From the NCBI GenBank assembly GCA_040357565.1, contig JBDODJ010000054.1: DNA of 64,000 nucleotides; one strand, 5' to 3'. The DNA is from Cercozoa sp. M6MM (Eukaryota; Protista; Endomyxa: Ascetosporea). The notes beneath the pieces are model-generated. The model made no database searches. It had not been told where the DNA came from and was given only the letters and a program-made list of their open reading frames with translations. Shown here one piece after another: positions 26,759 through 43,900 of the stretch. Position numbers and translations under genes: made by a program. Every line of letters starts with the position of its first letter. Position 1 is the stretch's first letter.

Positions 26759-27762
26759 CTGTCTGTGTGTCTGTGTGTGTGTGTGTGTATGTATGTGTAT
26801 GTGTGTGTATGTGTGTGTGTGTATGTGTGTGTAGATACTGGACAAGGACCTTCCGCAAAGCATGCTGCAGTCTGCCGCTGTGGTGCACTTCCGCAACAGG
26901 CTTGTTTCGTGTGTGTGCTTGTGTGAGTGTGCTGGTGTCTGGGCAGAACTATCGTCGTCGTGCACGCCGTCATGATCGTAGGGTACCGCTGCTGCTGTCC
27001 TGACTTGTCCTCTCGTTCTTTGTAACCCTTCCTTCCCTCCTCCATCCTGGCTCGCCTGCAGAAGGACAAGCGCGACCGCTCGCCGTCGGTGGTGCCGCTG
27101 GAGAATGTGTTCGAGTTCGATCGCTCGAGCGACAAGTTCCTCCTGTCGCGTCTCAGTCAGGACAACGACGAGGTAGCATCCTTAAACACACTCTTCGCTC
27201 CTTTAACAACACACACCGCCCCTTTAACCAAATTCGCGTATACACAGGAAGCAAGTGCCTCGCCGGACAAGGTTCGCATGATCTGGCCGCCTCGTGTACC
27301 GCACCCGCGTCGCGAGAAGGTACATCAACTGCTCTACCCCTACCCCTTTACTCCCACCCCTTTACTCCCACCCCTTTACTCCCACCCCNNNNNNNNNNAC
27401 CCCTTTACTCCCACCCCTTTACTCCCACCCCTTTACTCCCACCCCTTTACCCACCCTTTACCCACCCCTAGTCCCTTATTCCTCTACCTTCCCTATATAT
27501 TGAAGGACACGGTGGAGTTCGTGCGACACGCACCACGCATCGCCGACAGCGTGCGTCGTGCGCTGCGCCGGCAGAGCGATCCCGACCGCAACGACTCCAA
27601 AATGCAGCGCGACTTTGCTGATCTGGTAGGTCAACCAACACTCTCACGCCCTCCCTCAGGTAGTCAATCTACCCCCCCCCCCAGGTGCATCGGATGCTCG
27701 ACTTCTCGCCGTCGCGACGGATCAGCGCTGCTGATGCGCTGCGGCATTCCTTCTTCCAGTAG
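25389..27762 (+). CDS. CLK/LAMMER dual-specificity kinase, multi-exon
   Basis: GVGTFGTV, AIKIVRSVPRY, AAEIEVEIL, LGPSLYD, LTHTDIKPENVLL, IDFG-GATF, NTRQYRAPE-VILGLPWS, DMWSLGC, LFQTHEDHEHLALMER-IL (LAMMER motif). Confidence 0.93.
27338..27465 (+). repeat. Intronic 14-nt minisatellite (ACCCCTTTACTCCC)n
   Basis: Directly visible, interrupted by a 10-N gap. Confidence 0.9.
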
Positions 27763-28649
27763 CACAGCGAATTGAACCCCCTCCACCTGTGCCACTTACC
27801 TCCGTGTGGGGAGCAGAGTTAAGGAACGCCGCTCTCGCTCGCGTTCCACGATGGCCTCCTCGCGCAGCGGTGCGCGTCGGAGTCGAAGCCGCAGCAGGTG
27901 CCTTGTCCACCCTCGTGATGTGTCCATATGCCGATGTGTATCTGTGCAACGGCAGACGTCGTCGCAGTCGTAGCAGAAGTCACCGTCGCAGTCGCCGTGG
28001 CACTGACACGTCGTCGCGCGACCGGCGTTAACCCACTAAGCCTTTGGTTGCGTCAAGGCGCAAAAAAGGATGCGAGACTGCGTCATCGCGCTAAAGATAT
28101 CTCGAGATTGAGCGGTACAAGCTCGTATGCTTCCATCATTTTTGAAATCGCGATCTATCGCTTGTCCGAGCAGAGCGTCCGGTTACGTTAGCAGGTGCTG
28201 CGCTGTACCGTGAGTTTGTTGCAAGACCGCCAAATGCAAATCTTGGTGGAGACAAAGTAAGAATGTGAGGTCGTTTTAAACAGTGTTCGTCCGACGTCCC
28301 GTAAAACTGAAAGATATTAGAAGAGAGATTACCCAAGGTAAAGCCGTCGTTACACCTGATATCTGGAAAGAGGGCTGTTTCTAGTCTAGAAAGGCTGCTC
28401 GCCACTCTGGGCAACACTTAATTGTTAAGTGACCAGCTCACTTCTCGTCTTACATTTTAGCAAAAAATTTAAGCTTCAGAAGAGGCGAAACAGCGGATGT
28501 GCCGCTTTGCGCGATAGGTGGTGTATAAAACACCGGTTTTATTTTGGGAGACACAGATACTCAGTGTCTCCACGGAGCAAGACGGAAACACGCCATTCTC
28601 CCGAGAAGCGAAGGCAACAGGAAGACTTCCGACGCGAGGCGCAGAAGAC

Positions 28650-29175
<526 letters not shown>

Positions 29176-29270
29176 TGTTTTTTAACGCGAAAGGTCGAGC
29201 TGGGAAATTTCTCTGACCTGGCCTGAAAGAAGAGTCCCTTGCGTCAAAACAGTTCAGTGTGCCAGAGCTG

Positions 29271-29395
29271 ATTGGTCAAAGTTGCCGAGTGTGCCACCAT
29301 TTTACCAAAAAACTATCTATAGTGCATTTTGTCTGCTCTAAGTTTGCTCACCAACGCAAAATACCACTTAGATTGCTCCAGCAAGCTATGATTGG
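29271..29395 (-). promoter_or_regulatory. Putative CCAAT boxes upstream of histone H3
   Basis: ATTGG on + strand (CCAAT on gene strand) at 29271-29275 and 29391-29395. CCAAT boxes are common in histone promoters; function not shown. Confidence 0.35.
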
Positions 29396-30229
29396 CGTTA
29401 AAGCACTCCAATAATGTGAAAATGTCTTATCTTTGTTGGATTCTTAAGGGAGCTTGGTTACTTCGCATGTAATCTTTTCGGTTTTTCGCCAGCCGTAGTT
29501 CGTCTAGCGGGGCATAGACTCACTCGCATAGGTTTTATTAAACATGAGCATCTTTTGCTGCCTCCATGTGCCTCAACTCGCCCAAAACAGTGCAACGTCC
29601 CCTCCGCGACAAAAAACTCTCCAAGAGACCCCCATTCTCAAAACACATGCTTTCGTCGGTTAAACGGCTGTTTTGTCGTTTTCCTTTGTCTCCCCACATT
29701 TTGGGGCACTCGTGCACGCCAGGGCGAAGTGCCCCGCCGCAGCACGATTTTTGTCGTAAAAATGTCGTGTTCCCCGAAAATCAGGCAGAAACCGGGCCTG
29801 CTGATACACACTTTCTTTTCTAGAGTTCACGAGAGACAATCTGCACGCTGCAACATCCTGTTCTGGGCGAGAGCTGTTGCTGCGACTTTTGGCGATGCCA
29901 CAAAAAGAACTAAAGAAGTAAAAGTCCGGATCAAATGACGACCGACGTTGAAAATATCCACGAAGCGAAGAGCGCTGCATCGAAGTTTACCCCAAACAGG
30001 TTTAACGCAGACGCTTAAAAGTTGTTGAGGAAGAACTGATCTTTGGGCAGAGGTATATTTGTGTTGCGTGTTCGCGTCGTACAGCCTGGATCTAAATTTT
30101 GTTCTAAATCAACAGAGCCACTGAACACCAAACTCCAAACTTTAAACTTTTTTCACAACTGAGGGTTATTTTCCGCGCGGAGCACTCGGTTCGATTGACT
30201 AATAGTCAGTAGTTCAAACAGCAATAGAG

Positions 30230-32940
<2,711 letters not shown>

Positions 32941-33217
32941 TTAGTGATTTATACACTTTACGCACACACCCCCACACTCGTGTGGCAACCTTTTAGGCTT
33001 TCTTGCATCCTCTTCACGCATTATTGTAGCCACTTTGGTCGGCAACACTGTTGCAGTTGTTGATCACGGATCAAACCGCCTTCGTTTTACTTCGGCTGGC
33101 AGAGGACAACGCGTATTTTGCAGCTCTTAAACGCGTTCTTGCTGTGTGGGGCTTCGATCGCTGCATCCCACAGGTGCGCCAAAAACACCAAATTTTCAGT
33201 TTTCAAAAACTGCCAAG

Positions 33218-34743
33218 ATGACCTCCCACGTACATCGAGACAAAGTCGAAAAGGTAAGACTGATTCCGCTGCCAGCAGACTGGCGTTAACTTTGTGCCCA
33301 CTGGCTTAGGCATTATCGGAACATGGCATATCGCAAGCTCGTTTGGTTAGTGTCGGCACGCTAAATGACATCGTATATCTTAGTGCCATTTTGGTTGCCT
33401 CTGTCTGACCGAGACACCACTTCGTTAGGTGTACTACGAGTGCGAGTTGAGAAACTCTTCGCTGATTTGGAACGTGTTTCGACGGTTCCAGGACTTTGAG
33501 GTACTCCAGTACTCGCACATAGTTGAAAGGCATCAAAGTCATATCTTGTAGACACTGAGGGAGAGTCTGCGTACCACGGGACAGCTGTACCTACGCGAGA
33601 TCCGCAAGCGAACGCCGCCAAACGAGCCGCCGTTTCCTACAAAGGTATCGAGCATGTCCGTGCTGTCAAGGTAAATTACTGTAGATTTACAACAGTGATG
33701 TCTATGTTGTTGCAGGCCAGCAAGATATGGACTGACCACTTAAGTGCCAGTCTGGTGCACGAGCGGCACGTACTGTTGAACAACTTTCTGCAGTTTGCGA
33801 CGTCGGCGACCTTTGTGCAGACACCGGCCGTTGTCGACTTCGTGCTGCCGAACAGCACCGACAATTGTGTAACTATGTTTTACCAGTTTTACCTGCCTGG
33901 GTAGACATCGTTTCGCTGTGCCGGCGTTGTGAGTGCAGAAGAGACTGACGCCGCTGAAACTGTCGGCAGGCGCGTGCCAACATCGTGAAGATGATTGTTT
34001 CAATATCAGGTAAACTAAATCTGCGACAACCACTGATGCTATACTAAATCTATCGATAACGAGAAACCGGCAGTGAAAGTGAAAGCGACGGTGATGACGG
34101 TTGTAAAGTGCACTGCACCTTGCCGTCTGCAGTTCGAATGACGAATCGCGCCACTGCCTTTCGCAGTGCAAACGAGGCAGTCGAAATTGGACGCGCTTAA
34201 AACGTTTCTCTGACTTTGTGCGATTTGACGCCTCTCTACGTGGTTGCTTTCCGCTTTCAAATTTGTTTGGATGTGTACCTGGTGGGACATCTCTCTGCTT
34301 TACCTGTGCTTTAACTGCACCGTGCTTCCAGAGGAACTCACACTGGCCGGCATACCGACGTCTTTGGTTTATTGCCGACGCTGCCGAGCCGGCAGCCAAA
34401 GCTATGTAGACTATTGATATCCTCCCCTGTGCAGCATGTCCATGTATTGCACTGACACTATACGTATGAAAGTAGTGATCAATCACCAAGACGCCAAGTT
34501 TATTGAACGACGTCGCTTGTGTTAGCATCTCTTTGTCTCTCACTGTGTCGAACCTGCGTGGTAGTGTTGAAATCATGCTGTGTGCTGGTTGCAGTGTTGC
34601 AAAGCTACCTCTGTCGCATTCTGCGCCTGGGAGAAACTGCCAACAGTGTTACGGTACAGTTTACCTTGTAACCCTTCATGGTGCGCGGCAGTGTTTAAGT
34701 TAATATTTCACCGCCTCAGACTGCACGGTTTCTCGACTTGTGA
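33218..34743 (+). CDS. Tandem PX (phox homology) domain protein, multi-exon
   Basis: PX1: VYYECELRNSSLIWNVFRRFQDFE-TLRESL..PPFPTK..ERHVLLNNFLQ. PX2: WTRLKRFSDFVRFDASL..LPTLPSRQPKL..KFIERRR..LQSYLCRIL..ARFLDL*. Confidence 0.75.
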
Positions 34744-34966
34744 GAGAATCTACATCTAATTGTCAGTTAAGACGACTGGCCGCACATCTATGTCGACTCT
34801 ACAGTAGCGGCGTGGGCGACTCAAATCGCCCGCTTTGACGGACGGAGACCGGTTTGCACTGGCAGTTCGCTAAGTTACTATCTCACGTCAGTTACAACGC
34901 TACTGAACTGACTCATCGCATCATGATCTTAATTGAAGAACGACCGCCTTTTGCTGGTCTGGCTGA

Positions 34967-37900
34967 TTAAAAGTTCTGCTGCGAACCTCCTGGGCTTCCG
35001 GGGGTGTCGTCGTTCACCTACGGCAAATAATGAATGAAGACTCACATTCACAACAACAACTCCGAAGCAGCGGCATACCTGTTGCTGGACGGCAGCTCGT
35101 GCACGTTGCAAATCGTCGCTGGTGCAAGCAGAGACACCGCGTGGACTCGATGGCCGGGACGAAGGGCACGGACACAACACGCTTGTTTGAAGATCGGCCG
35201 GTACGCGCGGCTGTCGACGGAACACAGACTTCATCAAAAAGCCGAGTCACTTTGAGTTAATGTAAAAAAGTTACATCAGCGGACTGCAGGATGAGTGCTT
35301 CCGGAATTGGTGCATCAAAGGGCAGCGCATCGAAAGCTCTCCGTCGTGCCGTGCAGTCGACGATGCGAGAGTTTTGATTGTCCGGCAGTATGAAACCACA
35401 CTCCCAGTTGGCAGGGCACGGTAGACAGGGCAACCTTATCACACAGGGAGTTTCGTAGTTCAAACTCTCGCCCCACAAAAGAGAGGATTTGAAATACCAC
35501 ATCCCAGGCAACGTAAAGGAGCCAACTTCACACGGTGCCACGTACAGTGTCTCTGCGCTGAGTGTGTGTCCAAGCTTCGACAAATCACTCTCGAGCACTT
35601 CTTTCTCGGCCGTTGTGAGCTTGTCTGGAGAAACCAACCTCAATAAAAATGACAAGTACTCAGAGCTCCAGATTGAAGGAGCGCACCAAATGCTATGCGT
35701 AGATCGGACGACATCGCTGAAAGAAAACTCTCGCGCTGCACAATGTCCTGCACGTCGATGCTGAAGGCCGTGTCGAGACTCTCTTGCCGATTGCGCAGCA
35801 GCAGACGATCGGTGGGCGACAACTGACGACTGCGATCGGCGACGCTGCCGTCTTGCAGCAACAGAATGTTGTTGACGCTGTCTTCCAGGATTTGTGCCCT
35901 CGGTATCTACTCACCGGGATAAACTTAAAAGCAACTGAAGGCAATTTAAGTAGAATACCAATTGAGAATCAAGTCGGATCACTGCAGGTCGCAGTGGGAT
36001 GCACTGGTAGTTCCGTGGGCAAGGTGTGCACACCTTGCTGACTAGAGCGGCACCATCCACCGCCTTTGCGCCCGATCCAAACACATCTGGGCAGATAAAC
36101 CGGTCAATTCAATAGAAGCCATGTGCAGTTGATGTACTTGAGGCAGTGAACGAAGCAGAAGCAGTGTCGGTGATGCGTCGTCGTGCCAAGACGTCAACAC
36201 GTTCCATGAAAGCATCGTCAGTGTGTGCACGAGCGAATTGTCCTACGGCACATCGAAAGCGCACGCTCGTCTGAAACTCTTCGCCAGGCACAAAGTAGGA
36301 GGCCACAACAGAGTCGGAGACACTGGGTGCCAGCACTGCCGCCGGCGGTGCTCCGGGGCACGCATGCCCGCTGTCCACACACACGCTCTCTCACACACAC
36401 ACACCCACACACACACTTACACACACACGCGCTAATATCCACTGTGGCAAGTTCTGATATAGTACTCGCAGAGTGTGCAGAGAGGAGCGTTGCCCTGTGA
36501 CCACTGTCCGCGCGGGCACAAGCGACAGAACTGCACGGGTGGTTGCAAGGGGTCGCACATGCCCACTTCTAACGGACTCAAGTCGCGCAAGTCAACGTCG
36601 GTGGCGCACCAAGTGAAAGGCGACACTTGTGCTAACAACGAAGGTGTCGCCTGTAGTGCGCGTTGGATTTGAGCCGCTCGTGCTTTCAACTGTTCCTCCA
36701 GCCGAGCAGTTGGTGGTACTGCACTCACACTCGTTTCACTGATTCAATGGTGAACTCATTCTAAAACTTACAGGCTCCACGACGCGGCTCGGGTTCGCCA
36801 GTGATCGCGTCGCGCTTCGCAGGCTGCAGCATCTGCGCACACGTGCTGTAGCGATCAACTACTTCCCCGGGCAGTCGAAACGGAAAGATGCAGGCGTCGT
36901 CGGTCACGGTGCGCACGTCGCCAAACACGATCTGCAATCCCGCAGTCGCCAAAGGACGCAGCCACGTCGGTACACACTGCAGCGGATTCTCTCGCAAGTC
37001 AAGCACACGTAGTGCTGGATGTGTTGTCTATCCACACACACACACACACGCCCCCACACACACACAGACACATATACACACACACGTACACATAAGAGTC
37101 ACATAACTGAGTAGAATTTCCGATTCAGGTACCGAGGTAACAAAGTTGCGAGGCAGGTTCTGCAGCAAGTTGCCACGCAGTGAGAGTCGCGTGAGTTTCG
37201 GAAACACCGTTGTGGTCGTTGTCGGAGCTGCTCGTGTGGCAAAGATGCGTGCAGTCACATTGGCCAGTGTGCGCGTGCGAGCTATCTCGACTTCTTCCAA
37301 GCCAGGTGCCATGTCACCCAGCAAACCATCCGAGACCATTCTATTTACCATTAGTTTTATTTTAGCAAAGAAAATGAGGTTGAGTAAGAAAAGTACCGCA
37401 GCGGAACGTCTCGTACGATAAAGCGTCGCACGGTGTCGCCCAAGGCCGGCAAGTTGTTAGCATTTAAGAAGGCGAGTCCACGCGGCGGCGGCAAGGCAGC
37501 GACACTGATGTCGCCTGCATGCGACGTGCGCATCGATGGAACGCCCGACACTGAGAAGTTCGTGATACGACTTGGCATGTTGCTTGGCATGCCATTGTCC
37601 GAGTAGGTCATGAGTCGGATGTCACGCAGTGCAGGCGACGACAGCACCGACACCGACATGAAAGGTGCGTCGCCATTGGCAGGCGCCAGTTTCGCTGCCG
37701 TCGCCTGGTCGGCCACGCGCAGTTCGAGCGTGTTCAACAGCTCGCAGTTGTCGACCGTGATTCGCGGCTGTCCTCCCACGGCGAGAGCGAGTGTACGCAA
37801 ACGCGAGTTGTCGCTCAGGTCGAGTGACTGTAGGCCGGTGAGAGGTATCAGCGAGTCAGTGGTACCCGTGAGATTGAGTGACTGTAGACTGTTGTCACTC

Positions 37901-40900
37901 AGGTCGAGTTCCTCCAGTACTGGTGGCACTGCGGCTGCGATGTGCTGCAGAAGTGAAACACACCACACATGCACTCGCTTTGCGCGCAGGAAGTCACGCA
38001 GGGGCGGCGGACGACTTGACGTTGACGGAATCGCATCAGGCGTGCGTGCGTAAGCTGTTGCTGCGATTTCGGCTCTCCTGGCGTCGCTTAAGGGTGTGTT
38101 CGACTGTGCCTGGGCCACTTCGACATCAAGTGCCGCCTGAAAGATTCGATCGAGTGGTGCACGAAAGCGACGAAATGGCGGCTTCGGCAGCGTGAAATTC
38201 TCGCAGCGCTGTTGAGTGGAATTGGTGCCCTTTTCGTGCAGGTCGAGCAAACGAAGTGCGCACTCGTCGGTCACATTGCGAAATGGAGGTGCAAACCTAT
38301 CAAAGTCAGTGAGTCGCGGACAGAACTGTGAGATGCACGATTCCGACGACGGCCCGAGCAAGTTTCCCAGATTGAAGTAGGTGCAGTTGAATGGCGCATT
38401 GTAGCATCGTGCAAGTGTACGCAGATCCGTGTCACCCAATGCGTTTCCTCCCAGATTTAGTTTTCCTATTCGGTTGCTTTTGGCAGACAAACAAGTCAGT
38501 CAGTCAGAGTCAAGTCGCCAGTCAACTGAAACCGCAGAAAATCACAGTATTTACCTCAAAATCTGACAGATTGGCGGTTGTCGAATTCCATTGTCACGCA
38601 AATCCAACTGAAGTGCAGGAGAACTCGTTTGCAAAACGATAGGGACCAAGTTCTCCGGTTGGGAAAGCGATGGCATCAAGTTTGGAGACAGTTGGAAGCC
38701 CGATCCGAGAAAGTCAGTGATTCCAAATGGTCTTCGCAGCGGCAGAGCAGATAAATTCGTGTCTTGAGTGTTTGAACCGTCCTCGCTCACAGTTTCGATC
38801 GCAAGTCGCGACCGCTGCTGTCCGGTCAGTTCCATGAGGATGTTCGGCAGGCCAGTTGGCAGTTTGAGCCGTGTCACATCGACAGCACCAAAGGAAACGA
38901 CAACGGTGGTGCCGCTCAGCACCACAAAACCTTGGAAGCCAAACAGTGTCAGACCATCCAGAACATTGGACCCTGTCCCTGAGCTCCCAAGTCAAGGATC
39001 TGCAAAGCACGGGCGCCGTTGAGGTTTCGGTTGAGATTTTGCGAGAGCGAGACTCGACTCAAATCGTTGTCTCGCAGGTCAAGGAGGAAAAGATTCTCGG
39101 GGAGTGCTCGCACAACAAAGCGTCTGCCACCTCGGTTTCGAAGGGAATTTCGAAGCGACAAGGCCGACAGTTGGTCCATACCAACTAGCGAATCCTCTCC
39201 GATCGAGATGTCATTGTCATCCAACCCGAGCACCTGCAGCAGTGGCCACTGCGCGAACACGTTGCCGAAGCGCAGCGAAGTCGACAGTCCGGTATTGCTC
39301 ATGTCCAACTGACGTAACAGTGGGTTTGCTGTCGGGGATATGATACGCCTCACTCTGCTTTCATCGAGAAGTCGCAGCTGCGGATTTCCTCCCAAGAACA
39401 GGGCTTCCAATGCGCGTTGATTCGAGAATCCGAAGGAAAGACTCTGCAGTCTGTTGTTGGCCAGATTAACCACTCTGAGAAGCGGCGCATCGCGGGGGTC
39501 AAACTGCTCGAGAAAATTGTTGGAAACAGTCAGCACTTCGAGTTGATTTCCCAGCGACAAAAGTAGTGCACGACTGAGACTTCCACTTAATCGATTGTCA
39601 TCGAGGTACAAGGCCGTGATGTTCGTTCTCCATGTCAGTGGCACCGCATTGACCGAGAAAGTGCGCAGTGCGTTCTCTTCAAGTGCCAACACTCGCACCG
39701 GAGAGTTTGTGAGGTTTACGAAAGCACTAGCCGGGAAGCGAGTCCACCTTGCATTTCGCAACACGAGAATATCGAAACGATCGGTTGCTGCAAAGCGCAG
39801 CATCGACGCATCTTCTGGCACACAGCCACCTGGGCCTGCCTCCTCCGTGATATCCTGTTCTTCGGGTATCGAGCACCTGGTGCCTGGCACGAGCTGCGCG
39901 ATGCGCCACGTCTCTGGAATGGGTGTGTTCCACTTCACAACCGGGCTCCAGAAACGCTATTAATACCAGTAAAACTGAATTGTTTACCCAAGTGCATTCA
40001 AGTCAGCCTTCTACGTAAATTTACCTGTTGGACAACTGTGAGCGTCGTATTGGAAGCCAGACGACGCAAGGCATCTGTCGCATTCAAGAACGGCAGTTCT
40101 CGAGAAGCACGGCCGAGGAAATTTGCAGTCGCGTTGTGTGCATCGCTTATAACTGTGGCACCTGGCGCAGGTGTCTGCTTGGATACGACTTAAACCTCAC
40201 TGAACATGATACAAAACTCGTCATACCGAAGAAAAGATAAAGGTCGAAATCTCCGGTGGTGTAGGAGCAGGTGTTGTCGTGTTGATCGCAAAGGTTGTGT
40301 TTGGATCTTGAATCGTGTCGAGCTCACCGGGATTCAAGTCGATCTCGCCAGCAGAGCCAGTCACATTGAAATCAACAGGGCGTGGTACAGTTCCGAGTTG
40401 TTGACACGGCGGAGGAGGTTGCGAGAGGAAGGACGGCAACTCAAAGACTCGTAGGTTGCTCTGTATGGTGTCGAACCACATGGGACGACATCTGAATGTG
40501 TTCCCACTCAGACGGAGTTCCTCAAGAGTGTCGATTGCAGCGATCTGTGCGTCCAGTTCGGTGAGACGATTGTCGCGGAGATCTAGCACCCGCAGCTCAG
40601 CCTGTGCGGCAGCAAGTGCCGGTGCCACGAACTGCAGCGCATTGTTGCGCAACTCGATCACTTGCAGCTTGGTCGTCACTCGAAACAAGTCGTCCGTTAG
40701 TGAGCGTAGCATGCAGTTGTTGCAACGAAAGACGCGCAAATCACGGTGCTCAGACAGCAGGTCACGAGGTAGACCTCCGCCCTAAAACAGACACTCCACT
40801 CACTCGACGAAATCTACTTGAAGGCAGGTGTTTGTACCTGCGGGGTCAGCAAAGCGTTGCCGGAGAAGTCATTGTTACTCAGTGTCACCGAGCGAAGGGA

Positions 40901-43900
40901 CCTTGTGTTGGCAAAGAAGTCAGGCGCCAGTTGAATCGGCTGTAGAGAGAACCATGGCAGTCTCTCGCCCAAAAAACGAAGCAGTGTCGTGGAAGGCGGT
41001 ATTTTCGACTGAGGTGATAACACCAGACCCGAGGCATTGCCTGTGACTGGTACTCCCAGGTCGAGCGTCGTTACTGCAGCACCAAGGTCTACCGCAAACA
41101 CTGCACTCTGAATAAAGCGCGCCTGCCTCCTGCCGTCAGCGTCGGTTAGAAAGAGCGAAGCCACCGACGCTTGCATTCCTGATTGAGAGACATCGGCCCC
41201 AATCTCGGCACTCGAGGCATTGTCTAGCTGCAGGTCAAACAACCCCGGACACCGAGGGTCTCCACTGCTGGGACAAGCGATCACTGGCAGCAGCAGAGGT
41301 GCACGAGGTGGCACTGCGTCAGCTGCCGAAGCCCGCTGGAGCAGAGGCCGGACCGCGAGAAAGCCGGCTCCCGTCTCGGCGTTTTTCGTCTCGAGCGACA
41401 CTGTTCGCAGCGCGCCGAATAGCAGCGGAATTGAAAAGGACCATTGCTTCGCATCGAACGCTGCCTGCAGGACGCTTCTCTGCAATTCACTCACAAAGTC
41501 GGCCGCCAGCACTTCGGGCATACTGCGCACAAAGTCGCTGCTGACGGCGTCGGCGGAACCGACCACTGGCGCGAAGTCTTCCAGCGTCGCCGGTCGCGCT
41601 GTGTCCACCAGACAGAACAATGTGGCGGCTGCCACAGCGTCGAACATACGAGAATAGTCAAGTGAGCCACAGGACCATGTCAACTCGTCCGCGCGGATTG
41701 GCAGTGCCTGGACTGACACTACAAAGTCGGCCTGCGCAAGTCGAGTTCCACTAACTGTCGCGTTGCTTCCAGGTGTCGGAGCTGTCGTTGTTGTCGTCAT
41801 GCCGTCACCTCGCAATCGTGCCGTAATGAAGAGCAGTCCTTTGAGACGAGGCGCCAGCGCACGAAATTTGAAGCTAAACGCTCCAAGCTCACCTTCGATC
41901 TTGGAGACATCGGTCACTTGCATGCGCACATCGCCAGTCTCACTGATAAAACGCACCTCGGCGCCAGAGAAGGCGTCTGCCGAGGCAGGGATAGCAGTCA
42001 CCAGGAAGCAGATCACGGTGCCTCCCAGGTCCACGAGCGGGGACTGCGTCTGTTCTCCAAGGCACCGAATGCGCACTTGATCTGGTTGTAGAGGTACGCG
42101 AGGCACCACGGTCAGTTGTTGCGCCGGCTGCGACAGAGGTGCTCTGCCAAAGGACAGGCGACCAGTGAGATCAAAGTCTACGCCGGCGACTTGCATGGCA
42201 ACAGCCATCGACATCGATTGTGACGGTGTCATGCTTCCTGCATTTGTACCATAATACAAGCATAAGGCAGAAGGCGCGAGGGGGCAAAGGGGGTAAAGGG
42301 TAAAGGGGACGGTAAAGGAAGGATCAGTGTCGGGGTAAAGGAAAACAGGGACTACAGGGTGTACAAAAATATAGTGGTAAAAGGCAAGAGGCAAAGTACC
42401 GCTGACAGTGGAAGCAATATCCGATGTGTTCAACGGCAGGTCGCGAAGAACGGTCTCAAAGCGTCTGCCAACGCAAAAGCTCCACTTTTGATTGCGAAGT
42501 GACTCGTCGCGTCTGTCATCCACCGAGAACTCTTTTCCATTCAGCGCCGGGTCAATCACGCACCAAGGCGACTGCTCGCTCGAGTTTGAATCGGTGCTGC
42601 CTGTGACGGGAGGGTTCCCAAGTGTCGTACATCCACGTATCACGGCCGAGCCGATGCGAAAGCTGGCAACACATGGCATTCCTGCCTCGGTACTGGGCGG
42701 GCGGCAGAAACGAATGCGTCCGATGAGACCGTCGAACTGGCCTTCCACCACACTGCCATTTGCCAGGCGAACACGCGGAAACGGCACCTGGGTCGGACAC
42801 CACGGCTCTCCGATGATCCGATCGGAGCACGTGTTGTTAAACAGGAAGCGTCTGTTCTCGTCCACCACGGTGAAAGGAAAGATGCAGCCGTCGGTGGCTG
42901 CGTCTCCTGTGGACGAGGTGAGCGACGTGACCTGTCTCACCGCAGGGGCCTGTGTTATCGTCAGTTGCATTGTGCGCTCGTTCACCCTCATCGACACTGG
43001 TGGCACCGCAAAGTCCGACACCGACGCATCTGTAAAAGCATGGACAAGCAACAAACAGAGTATCGTGCAACCCCTCCCCTTAACACATAGAAGAACTCAC
43101 CCTGAATGGTGTCGAAGACACAGCGAACGCGCTCACCTCTCGCAATACTTCGCTCGCCTCCTCCAAAACCCTTGGCAAAAAAGGGGGACATATACCCTCG
43201 AACTTGCACAAAAAGGAATCCTCAGGTACCCGACAGGTGAGAGTGGCCTCATCAGGCGAGATCTGGGTAGTCACCTGCCACGTCGCACTAGCATCGGCCT
43301 CGACGACTTCTTCCCGGCCTCGGATCAGCGGAGTTGCCGTCTGCTCTCCGGGAGACAGCGCCGTTTGGATGCTGACGCGGAAGAAGGTGTCATTAACGCG
43401 TGAGGCTGGCTCCACCACACTGGGCGGTTCCAAGCGAATTGCCGGGTCGCCAAACGCGGTCGCTGACACGGATTTCGTCGTTCTCAGCTGGCACACCATG
43501 TCCGCGTTGGGAGGTGCTCGTGTCACCGCGGTGTCTCCAAGCGTACCGTCGGAATTCGCGGCGACACACTCAATCTCGACGTCGCCTTTGCCGAGCTCGC
43601 GCGAACGCAGGCGCCGCACGGCGTTGTCGACCCAAAAAACGAGAGCGAAAATCGCAATAGCCAGGATTAGGGTCACGAGTAGTAGGATTAGAATGCGCTT
43701 TCGGTACTCCTGGCGTTGGGTTTTCTTGAGACGCTTCATGAGCCACTGCTCATCTCGCAGTGCGATCAGAAGGCGCGAACGAGCTCCACGCAAAGGAAAC
43801 GGCGGCTCTCGGGGTCGAATCGAGTCTGGGAGCGAGGCACGTAGTCGCTCAAACGGGAGGTGCGAGGCTCCTTCTTTCAGTACCGGAGGAACATGCGTTC

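Noticed and set aside
27338-27465. Telomere-like repeat or CRISPR-like array
   Set aside because: The unit reads CCCTTTA rather than telomeric CCCTAA(A), lies in an intron and has no unique spacers; there are no cas genes.
27796-28035. Minus-strand Cys/Asp-rich frame CQCHGDCDGDFCYDCDDVCRC
   Set aside because: Arises from low-complexity GACTGC repeats. Another frame (SATATATVTSATT) is equally open, and no confident start was found.
33740-34576. 278-aa minus-strand ORF
   Set aside because: Antisense to the spliced tandem-PX gene, with no recognisable motifs.
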